This document shows, one piece after another, positions 16,845 through 24,000 of a stretch of 24,000 nt of DNA. The stretch's first letter is position 1. Each line of letters begins with the position of its first letter. The DNA is taken from assembly GCA_033581555.1 (NCBI GenBank), contig JAVQSZ010000001.1:9000-32999 (forward strand). Reading direction: 5' to 3'. The notes under the pieces were generated by a model. That model ran no database searches. It worked only from the letters and a program-made list of their open reading frames with translations, and was not told where the DNA came from. Position numbers and translations under genes: made by a program. The stretch comes from Nitrososphaerota archaeon (GTDB lineage: Archaea; Thermoproteota; Nitrososphaeria_A; Caldarchaeales; Calditenuaceae).

Positions 16845-17684
16845 ATGCTTGTGACCGGTACGGACGTGAGGGACGCGCTGGTCAGGCTGATAAGGGTCGG
16901 GGCGCTTATAGCGGTCTTGGGCGCGGTCCACGTCCTGACCCTCCTCCTCGACTGGGTCTCCCTCCTCTACGACAACGTGATGACCGAGGGCGTCCAAGGT
17001 TACGACCTGCCCCTCAGTTTCACCCTCTCGATGCTGGCCGCGGCCCTCGCCGGGGCTTCAGGGGTCCTGGCCTCGGTCTCCACGAACATAAGGGTCCTCA
17101 GGTTCGCGGTCCCGGCCTTCGCGCTGAGCGGTGCCGTCCTCGCGATCCTCTCGCCGCTCTACTCCGTCCTCTACGTCCTCCCCTCGCTCCACGTCGACTT
17201 CAGGACCGAGGTCGGGGCGATCGCGGCGCTCTTCACCGGGGTCGCGATGGCCGGCGGCGGCGCGATATCCACGATGATCGGACTCGTGGCCCTCCGTCCC
17301 GAGACCCAACCCTCTGCCTACCAGCCCTACGCCCCGCTGGGGGTGGAGGCAGCGGTTGGCGGAGCGGCCTCGACGCCGTTCGAGCAGTCCGAGTCCGAGG
17401 AGGAGGTCTTCGACGAGCTCCTGAGGGGCGAGTCCGATGAGGCCTTCCCCGGCTTAGGGGCTCAGGCGCAGCAGGAAGTCCAGCAGGTCTTCACACCGTC
17501 GACGAGGCCTCCGGCCTCCCAGCAGCAGGCGACCAGGAGGGTATGCGTGATCTGCGGCGAAATCATACAGCCCGCGTCGCTGAGGACCTGCCCGGGCTGC
17601 GGCGAGCCGATGCACAGGGAGTGCGTCGAGACCTGGAGGGACCTTGGGGGCAAGTGTCCCACCTGCGGGACCCCTCTCTCCTGA
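16845..17684 (+). CDS. Multi-pass membrane protein with C-terminal RING-like / Prok-RING-like zinc finger
   Basis: Four hydrophobic segments in residues ~10-150, then Q/A/E-rich linker, then CVICGEIIQPASLRTCPGCGEPMHRECVETWRDLGGKCPTCGTPLS (C4-H-C3 pattern). Confidence 0.75.
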   Translation: MLVTGTDVRDALVRLIRVGALIAVLGAVHVLTLLLDWVSLLYDNVMTEGVQGYDLPLSFTLSMLAAALAGASGVLASVSTNIRVLRFAVPAFALSGAVLAILSPLYSVLYVLPSLHVDFRTEVGAIAALFTGVAMAGGGAISTMIGLVALRPETQPSAYQPYAPLGVEAAVGGAASTPFEQSESEEEVFDELLRGESDEAFPGLGAQAQQEVQQVFTPSTRPPASQQQATRRVCVICGEIIQPASLRTCPGCGEPMHRECVETWRDLGGKCPTCGTPLS

Positions 17685-17722
17685 TGGGTTTTTCTATGAC
17701 GGCCTGACGCTCCGGATCGGCG

Positions 17723-19195
17723 ATGTCCGACAGGGTCTACGACGAGCTGATCGACCTCTCCCTGCGGAGGGGCTTCTTCTTCCCCTCATGCGAGATCTAC
17801 GACGACGCCCCTGCAGGCTTCTGGGACTACGGCCCGCTCGGGTTAGGGCTGAGGAACAGGTTCGTCGAGGCCTGGAGGCGGTACGTCGTCAGGTACGACG
17901 GCATGGTAGAGCTCGACGGCTCCGTGATCATGGCTAAGAGGGTCTTCGTCGCCTCGGGGCACCTCGCGTCCTTCGCGGACCCGGTCACCAAGTGCAGGTC
18001 CTGCGGCGCGATCTACAGGGCCGACAGGCTGGTCCAGGAGGCAACCGGGAAGATAGTTCCGGAGAGGCTCAGGGACGAGGAGATCTACGCGCTCATCCTC
18101 GAGCACGGGATCAGGTGCCAGAGGTGCGGCGGCGAGCTCAGCGGTGTCGAGAGGTTCAACATGATGTTTGGGGTCAGCGTCGGGGGCGAGGGCGAGGAGG
18201 CCTACCTGAGGCCCGAGACCTGTCAGTCCCTATTCGTCGACTTCATCAGGACCTACAAGACAGGCTGGTCGAGGCTCCCGCTGCCCCTCTGCCAGTTCGG
18301 GAAGAGCTTCAGGAACGAGATCGCTCCAAGGCAGAGCCTCCTGAGGCTCAGGGAGTTCTACCAGGCCGAGGTCGAGGTCTTCTTCGATCCCGAGGACGAG
18401 GTCGATCCGGTCAGGTGGAGGAGGTTGAAGGACTACGTCCTGAGGTTCGGGGACGAACACGGGAACTTCACCGAGGTCACCGCCGAGGATGCGCTGAGGA
18501 GGGGGATCGTATCCCATTGGCTACCCGCCTATTACCTCGCCCTGATCCAGAGGTTCTACGAGGTCCTGGGCGTTGAGAGGTCGAGGATAAGGCTCAGGAG
18601 GCTCGGCGAGGACGAGAAGGCCTTCTACGCGAGGGAGGCCTGGGACCTCGAGGTCTTGACCTCGCTGGGTTGGATCGAGCTGGTCGCGTGCAACTACAGG
18701 GGCGACTACGACCTCTCGGGACACATGAAGGTCAGCGGGAAGGACCTCACGGTCCTGAACCGGAACAGGAAGGTCCTGCCGCACGTCTTCGAGCTCTCGA
18801 TGGGCGTCGACAGGAGCGTCTACGTCTTGATGGAGCTCGGGTACGCGAAGGAGCCCAAGAGGAGGGTCCTGAGGGTGCCCAAGTTCCTCGCGCCGGTCCA
18901 GGTCGCGGTCCTCCCGCTCGTAGAGAGGGACGGCCTCCCCGAGAGGGCCTGGGAGATCTACGAGGGCCTCAGGGTCGACTTCGACGCTGTCTACGAGCCG
19001 AAGGACGCGATCGGGAAGAGGTACCACATGCTCGACGAGATCGGCGTCCCCTACTGCGTCACGGTCGACTACCAGACCCTCGAGGACGACACGGTCACGG
19101 TCAGGGACAGGGACACGACGCAGCAGGTGAGGGTCCGTGTCTCAGAGCTGAAGGAATGGCTGAGCAGGGCACTAGCTTACCCGAGGGTCGATTGA
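17723..19195 (+). CDS. glyS: Glycyl-tRNA synthetase (archaeal/eukaryotic dimeric type)
   Basis: RRGFFFPSCEIYDDAPAGFWDYGPLGLGLRNRFVEAWRRYVV, YLRPETCQSLFVDF, GKSFRNEIAPRQSLLRLREFYQAEVEVFFDP, VFELSMGVDRSVYVLM, PYCVTVDYQTLEDDTVTVRDRDTTQQ. Confidence 0.95.
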   Translation: MSDRVYDELIDLSLRRGFFFPSCEIYDDAPAGFWDYGPLGLGLRNRFVEAWRRYVVRYDGMVELDGSVIMAKRVFVASGHLASFADPVTKCRSCGAIYRADRLVQEATGKIVPERLRDEEIYALILEHGIRCQRCGGELSGVERFNMMFGVSVGGEGEEAYLRPETCQSLFVDFIRTYKTGWSRLPLPLCQFGKSFRNEIAPRQSLLRLREFYQAEVEVFFDPEDEVDPVRWRRLKDYVLRFGDEHGNFTEVTAEDALRRGIVSHWLPAYYLALIQRFYEVLGVERSRIRLRRLGEDEKAFYAREAWDLEVLTSLGWIELVACNYRGDYDLSGHMKVSGKDLTVLNRNRKVLPHVFELSMGVDRSVYVLMELGYAKEPKRRVLRVPKFLAPVQVAVLPLVERDGLPERAWEIYEGLRVDFDAVYEPKDAIGKRYHMLDEIGVPYCVTVDYQTLEDDTVTVRDRDTTQQVRVRVSELKEWLSRALAYPRVD

Positions 19196-19265
19196 GGGGC
19201 CGCAGCGTCTCGCCGGTAACGCCTATAGGAGCGGGGAACGCTCTGCAGATCTCTGGGGTGGGAGA

Positions 19266-19739
19266 ATGAGGCAGAGGGTCAGGCTCACCTGCGCGCTGGT
19301 CGACAGGCCCGGGACGCTCCTGAAGGTCCTCGAGCAGATAGCCCTCGCGGGCGGCAACATCATCTCGATCGTCCACAACAGGGAGAGCATAACCTCTGGG
19401 TACGTGCCCGTCAGCATCAACGTCGAGTTCCCCGACGCCCAGAGCCTCGAGAGGGCTAGGAGGGGGATCGAGGGGGTCGGGGTCCCCGTGATGGGCGCGG
19501 AGAGCCTCGAGAGGCGGATGGTGACCGCAATCGTCGTCGGGGGCGTTAGGCTAGACTCTCTCCTCTCCGAGCTCGAGTCGAGGGGCTACAGGGTCATCGA
19601 GTCGTCCGCGAGGGGCTTCGGCGAGGGTCTCACCGTCAGGCTGCTCCTGGAGGTCCCAACGGGGAGGGTGAGGGAGCTGGAGGAGGACCTTCAGGCGATC
19701 GCGGAGATGCACGGGGCTCTCGCGATCCCGGAGGTGTGA
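19266..19739 (+). CDS. ACT-domain protein
   Basis: RVRLTCALVDRPGTLLKVLEQIALAGGNIISIVHNRESITSGYVPVSINVEF; immediately upstream of homoserine dehydrogenase. Confidence 0.85.
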   Translation: MRQRVRLTCALVDRPGTLLKVLEQIALAGGNIISIVHNRESITSGYVPVSINVEFPDAQSLERARRGIEGVGVPVMGAESLERRMVTAIVVGGVRLDSLLSELESRGYRVIESSARGFGEGLTVRLLLEVPTGRVRELEEDLQAIAEMHGALAIPEV

Positions 19740-19743
19740 GGCG

Positions 19744-20730
19744 CTGGGCCTGAGGGTCTTCGTCAACGGCTACGGGTTCCTGGGGAGGCTGCTCGCTACG
19801 AGCTTGACCGAGGGCAGGGTCCCGGGAGCGAGGCTCGTCGGGGTGGCGAGGTCGTCGGGCTACCTTTACAGAGAGGAGGGACTGACCCGGGATGAGATCG
19901 CGGGGGAGGTCCGGGACTCAGCGGCCTTCGTCAGGGGGAGCTCGACCTCGCTGATCAGGGAGCGGGCCTTCGACGTCCTGGTGGAGCTGACGCCGACCAA
20001 CCTCCCCAGCGCGGAACCGGGCCTCAGCAACATCAGGTCGGCCCTGGAGAACGGGATCGACGTCGTCACGGCCAACAAGGCGCCGATCGCGCTCCACTAC
20101 GCCGAGCTGGCGGAGCTCTCGAGGTCGACGGGCTCGCTCCTGCTCTTCGACGCGACCGTGGGAGGGGGAATACCGCTGATAACGCTAAGGAGGCTCTGCA
20201 CGCGCGGCGACGACCTCCTCTCGATCAAGGGGATCCTGAACGGGACCACCAATTACATCCTCAGCAGGATGCAGTTCGAGGGTCTGACCTTCGAGCTGGC
20301 GCTCAGGGAGGCCCAGAACCTCGGGATCGCGGAGAGGGACCCCTCGCTGGACGTCAACGGCTACGACACCGCCCTGAAGCTCTTGATCCTGGCGAACTCC
20401 CTGATGGGGTTGAACAAGGGCCTCAGCGACGTCAAGGTCGTAGGGATCTCCAAGGTCACGCAGGAGGCGGTCGCGGCAGCCAAGGAGTCCAACATGTCGG
20501 TCAAGCTGATCGGGTCCGTCGACGGGGAGGGGAGGCTCTCGGTCGGCCCGAGGCTCGTGAAGGCCAACGACCCCCTCTGCGTCCACGGGATGCTTAACGC
20601 GGTCACGTTCAGGTTCAGTATCGCGGGAGACCTGACGCTGATCGGCCACGGAGCGGGCGAGCCCACCATCGCGGCCCTCCTCAACGACCTCCATCAGGTC
20701 GTCGAGCACCGGCTCAGAGCGAGAGCCTGA
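19744..20730 (+). CDS. hom: Homoserine dehydrogenase (start codon uncertain, likely non-canonical CTG at 19744 or 19750)
   Basis: In-frame LRVFVNGYGFLGRLLATSL Rossmann motif begins upstream of the listed TTG 19804; LENGIDVVTANKAPIALHY, DATVGGGIPLITLRRLC, LKGILNGTTNYILSRM, DPSLDVNGYDTALKLLILANSLMG. Confidence 0.88.
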   Translation: MGLRVFVNGYGFLGRLLATSLTEGRVPGARLVGVARSSGYLYREEGLTRDEIAGEVRDSAAFVRGSSTSLIRERAFDVLVELTPTNLPSAEPGLSNIRSALENGIDVVTANKAPIALHYAELAELSRSTGSLLLFDATVGGGIPLITLRRLCTRGDDLLSIKGILNGTTNYILSRMQFEGLTFELALREAQNLGIAERDPSLDVNGYDTALKLLILANSLMGLNKGLSDVKVVGISKVTQEAVAAAKESNMSVKLIGSVDGEGRLSVGPRLVKANDPLCVHGMLNAVTFRFSIAGDLTLIGHGAGEPTIAALLNDLHQVVEHRLRARA

Positions 20731-21490
20731 TGGCGATCAGGGCGGCGAAGGTCACGGTCGAGGCCGCGAGGACCGCGAAGTCCCTCCGCGTCGGCCTCAG
20801 GACGTAGAAGCTGGTCCTCTCCTTGACCGCGCCGTAGCACTTCACCTCGAGGGCCTCGGCCATCTCGAAGGACCTCTTCAGCGCGTTGATCACGACGGGC
20901 ACGAAGGCCCTCACGTAGTTCCTGAACCTCTTGACCGGGTTCCTGGTGGTGTAGTCGACGCCCCGCAGCCTCTGCGAGTCGATCACCTCTTGGATCTCCT
21001 CGAGGAAGAGGGGCGCGAACCTTATCGCGGCGGTCATCGCAAAGGCGTAGTCCTGTGGCATCCTGAGGGACCTGAGGGTGGCAGCCATGGCCTCCGGCGA
21101 GACGGTCAGGAGGAAGAACGAGAAGGAGACGATCGCCGCGACGAACCTCATCAGCTGGGATGCGTTCAGCAGCGCGAACTCCCTGCTCAGGGGGTTCATG
21201 CCCTGAGTGATGAACCCGAGCGCGTTGAGCAGCACCACGAAGGCCAGGAAGAAAGAGAGCGCCCTGATCGTCCTCAGGAGCCTTCTCGCGGCGCCGATGG
21301 CCCGAAGCGCGAGCGCAACGACGGAGAGGACCGCCGCGGAGACCGAGATGCTGAGGAGGGGAGGCCTGTCGTAGATCAGGGTCGAGGCGAAGAGGTAGAC
21401 CGCGATCAGGAGCTTCACCCTCGGGTCCAGTCTGATCAGGGCCGAGTCGACTTCCCTGTACCTCAGGAGGTCAGCCACGTTCACCGACAC
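20714..21490 (-). CDS. ecfT: ECF transporter transmembrane (T) component, EcfT/CbiQ family
   Basis: RLDPRVKLLIAVYLF, multiple TM helices, EVIDSQRLRGVDYTT (A-R-G-type coupling region). Confidence 0.9.
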   Translation of the reverse strand: MSVNVADLLRYREVDSALIRLDPRVKLLIAVYLFASTLIYDRPPLLSISVSAAVLSVVALALRAIGAARRLLRTIRALSFFLAFVVLLNALGFITQGMNPLSREFALLNASQLMRFVAAIVSFSFFLLTVSPEAMAATLRSLRMPQDYAFAMTAAIRFAPLFLEEIQEVIDSQRLRGVDYTTRNPVKRFRNYVRAFVPVVINALKRSFEMAEALEVKCYGAVKERTSFYVLRPTRRDFAVLAASTVTFAALIAIRLSL

Positions 21491-22301
21491 GGGACTTGCA
21501 CCTCAGGATGCGCGCGACGCTCGAGACCAGCTCGTCGACCCTATGGGTGGTCGGGACGCCCAGGTGGGCTAGACGCCTCGATATCACGACCGACTGGGGA
21601 GGGAGGAGGTTCGCGGCCCTCAGGAGCCCTTCGTCGGAGAGGACCTCGGATGCGGGGCCCGAGGCCAGCACCCTCCCCGAGCTCAGGACGGCCACTCGAG
21701 GATCCAGCTCGGAGACGAACTCGACGTCGTGGGTCGCTACCACCACTCCCCTTCCCTCTCCCCTGATCGACTCGATCGTCTCGGCGATCGCCTCCCTCCC
21801 GGCCTTGTCCTGGCCCAGCGTCGGCTCGTCGAGGAGGAGGTACTTCGGGTCCCACGCGAGGACGACCGCGATCGCGAGCCTCTTCTTCTGACCGCCGCTC
21901 AGCGAGAAGGGCGACCTGTCCCTGAGGCCACCGAGCCCGAACCTCTCGAGGAGGGACTCGACCCGGCGTTCAGCGTCCCCGATCCCGAAGTTCCTGAGGG
22001 CGTAGTTCATCTCCTCCCAGACGCTCTCGAGGAAGAAGAGGCTGTCGGCTATTTGAGGGACGTAACCGACCGCCCTCGAGACCTCCTTCGTGGGCATCGA
22101 GTGGACGTCCCTGCCGTCGAGGAGGACCTTGCCGCTCCTCGGCTTCAGAAGGCCCACGAGGACCTTCATCAGCGTGGTCTTCCCGGCGCCGTTGCTTCCC
22201 ATCAGGGCCAGCACCTCGCCCCCCCTCACCTGGAGGTTTACGCCGTCCAGGGCCACCTTCCCGCTCGGGTACTCGTACCGAACGTCCACGGCCTCCAGCA
22301 T
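21471..22301 (-). CDS. ecfA: ECF transporter ATP-binding protein
   Basis: Walker A GSNGAGKTTL, signature LSGGQKKRLAIAVVLAWDPKYLLLDEPTLGQD, H-loop VVVATHDVEF. Confidence 0.93.
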   Translation of the reverse strand: MLEAVDVRYEYPSGKVALDGVNLQVRGGEVLALMGSNGAGKTTLMKVLVGLLKPRSGKVLLDGRDVHSMPTKEVSRAVGYVPQIADSLFFLESVWEEMNYALRNFGIGDAERRVESLLERFGLGGLRDRSPFSLSGGQKKRLAIAVVLAWDPKYLLLDEPTLGQDKAGREAIAETIESIRGEGRGVVVATHDVEFVSELDPRVAVLSSGRVLASGPASEVLSDEGLLRAANLLPPQSVVISRRLAHLGVPTTHRVDELVSSVARILRCKSRVGERG

Positions 22302-23149
22302 CAGGGATCACCGGAGGAGACCAGCTCGACCAGCTCGCCGGCCGTGAGCGGCACCCTCTCGCACCCGCCCGAGCCGGAGGCCGCGACCGCCCTGTGATAG
22401 ACCTCCGGGACCCTGGGGGGCTTGATCCCGAACTCAGCGCCCGTGTGCCTGAGGAAGAAGTGCTGGGGGCTCCCGTCGAAGGCGATCCTGCCTTCGGAGA
22501 AGACGACGATCCTGTCCACCACCGGGACCAGTAGGTCAAGCCTGTGCTCCGAGACCAGCATCGTCTTCCCTTCGGACCTGCAGTACCCCACCACGAACTC
22601 GAGTATCTCCTGCGCCGAGACCGGGTCGAGCATCGACGTCGGCTCGTCGAGGAGGAGGACCTCTGGCCTCATCGCGATTATCGAGGCGATCGCGAGCCTC
22701 TGCTTCTGGCCTCCTGAGAGCTCCGCGGGATTCTTCTTCCTCAGCTCGGCCATGCCCGTGGCCCTCAAGGCCTCCTCGACCCTCGCGAGCATCTCGTCCC
22801 TGGGCACGCCGAGGTTCTCGAGAGGGAAGGCGACCTCGGCCTCGACCGTCGTCGAGAAGAGCTGCGTCTCTGGGTTCTGGAAGACCATCCCGACCTTCGT
22901 CGCGATCACGTGGACCGGCGTCTCGGCGACGTCGAGGCCGCAGACCCTCACCGAGCCCTGGTAATCGCCCCTATAGAAGTGCGGGATCAGCCCCACGACG
23001 GCCCTCAGTAGGGTCGACTTGCCGGAACCGGTGGGCCCAACGACCAGCACGAGCTCGCCCTCGGAGACCTCGAGGTCCACTCCGTCCAGCGACCAGGCCT
23101 CGGAGCCCTCGTACCTGAACCTGAGTCCCTTCACCTCGATTACCGGCAT
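22301..23149 (-). CDS. ecfA: ECF transporter ATP-binding protein (second subunit)
   Basis: Walker A GPTGSGKSTL, signature LSGGQKQRLAIASIIAMRPEVLLLDEPTSMLD; ATG at 23149 preceded by a GGAGG-type SD; TGATG overlap with both neighbours. Confidence 0.93.
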   Translation of the reverse strand: MPVIEVKGLRFRYEGSEAWSLDGVDLEVSEGELVLVVGPTGSGKSTLLRAVVGLIPHFYRGDYQGSVRVCGLDVAETPVHVIATKVGMVFQNPETQLFSTTVEAEVAFPLENLGVPRDEMLARVEEALRATGMAELRKKNPAELSGGQKQRLAIASIIAMRPEVLLLDEPTSMLDPVSAQEILEFVVGYCRSEGKTMLVSEHRLDLLVPVVDRIVVFSEGRIAFDGSPQHFFLRHTGAEFGIKPPRVPEVYHRAVAASGSGGCERVPLTAGELVELVSSGDP

Positions 23150-24000
23150 CACTCCTCCACCGGCGTCGGGTTGTATCCGAGCATCCCCCCGATCAGCTCG
23201 ACGCATCTCCTGAAGGCCTCCTCGAGCCCGACGTTGACCCTCGCCCTCGCAGCGGCCGCGTGTCCCCCTCCAGCACCGCCGTACCTCTCTATCAGCGGGT
23301 TGACCAGGTCCCTCACGACGTTGAAGGAGTAGGTCGAGACGACCTCGGACGCGACCCTGAACGTCAGCTCAGATAGGCCGTCGCGCTCGTCGCCGACGAC
23401 CGCTATCCCTGCGCCAGCGGCTAGCAGGACCCTGGCGACCGAGGGCCTGAAGGCGCTGACCCTGGTCAGGGCGATTATCACGTTCTCGCACCTGTAGAGC
23501 CTCGCCCTCTTGATCCCCTTCAACCTCGCGATCCTCTCCGAGTAGTCGGGCGGGACCTCGAGCCTCTCGGCCACCGCGCCCGGCTCCGCGCCGAGCTCGC
23601 CCAGAAGCCCGACCTTCCTGAGGGTCAGCGCGTCAGCGGTCGCGAGCCTCACCGTGTCGTAGTAAGTCCCGAAGTAGAGGGCGGTCGCCTCGTCGGGGCT
23701 TGGATCGTGGCCGGCGAAGACGCAGAGGTCTAGGACGACCTCGGAGCACGACCTGTAGCCCGGGTCTGCGAAGACGTCGGCCGACTCGAAAGGACGCTGG
23801 GGCTGGTGGTGGTCGATCACGGTCAGCCTGCCCGCGGCCCTCGCGAGGGTCTCTCCGAGCTGCGATGGCGACCCCACGTCGACCGCGACGTAGTGGTCCG
23901 AGTCGGGGAGCTCAGCAGTGAGCTCGATCCCGAAGGCCGACGCGAACCTCGCGGCCGAGTCTGAGACCTCTCCCGGGACGTGAACGTGGACCTCCGAGCA
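23149..24000 (-). CDS. DHH family phosphoesterase (partial, runs off right edge)
   Basis: Frame open from 24000: CSEVHVHVPGEVSDSAARFASAFGIELTAELPDSDHYVAVDVGSPSQL...GRLTVIDHHQPQ; C-terminal RYGGAGGGHAAAARARV (DHHA1-type GGGH motif). Confidence 0.9.
   Translation of the reverse strand, partial: CSEVHVHVPGEVSDSAARFASAFGIELTAELPDSDHYVAVDVGSPSQLGETLARAAGRLTVIDHHQPQRPFESADVFADPGYRSCSEVVLDLCVFAGHDPSPDEATALYFGTYYDTVRLATADALTLRKVGLLGELGAEPGAVAERLEVPPDYSERIARLKGIKRARLYRCENVIIALTRVSAFRPSVARVLLAAGAGIAVVGDERDGLSELTFRVASEVVSTYSFNVVRDLVNPLIERYGGAGGGHAAAARARVNVGLEEAFRRCVELIGGMLGYNPTPVEE

Noticed and set aside
17992-18576. 194-aa alternative plus-strand frame inside glyS
   Set aside because: Out-of-frame translation of glyS with a charged/low-complexity product.
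1-24000. CRISPR array, transposon, prophage or defence island
   Set aside because: No regularly spaced direct repeats, transposase, integrase, nuclease or restriction motifs were found; the gene content is housekeeping.

Overview
High-GC, gene-dense archaeal chromosomal segment made mostly of housekeeping genes. It carries archaeal-type PheS/PheT and GlyRS, a proteasome beta subunit, mevalonate-pathway HMG-CoA synthase with thiolase and DUF35, TATA-like boxes, and an intron-containing tRNA. Other genes support this: PRPP synthetase-like, Trm-G10-like THUMP methyltransferase, CoA-binding protein, OsmC, DUF4443-like, EVE-like, PdxT, DUF169, SAM methyltransferase, Lrp/AsnC regulator, membrane protein with a RING-like zinc finger, ACT protein, homoserine dehydrogenase, ECF transporter T/A/A, and a DHH phosphoesterase. 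Two tRNAs are present: Asn(GTT) with a 19-nt intron and Arg(CCG). I found no CRISPR array, mobile element or obvious defence island. The items most worth a second look are: a ~380-nt non-coding stretch upstream of the proteasome gene with nested inverted repeats (candidate structured RNA); a tandem ThyX-like protein whose signature motif is split between two half-domains; a membrane-anchored RING-like protein; a homoserine dehydrogenase with no ATG/GTG/TTG start able to include its Rossmann motif; an EVE-like gene broken at a G5 homopolymer; and an inverted repeat centred on the tRNA-Asn TATA-like box. All family calls are from motif recognition by eye; no search was run.
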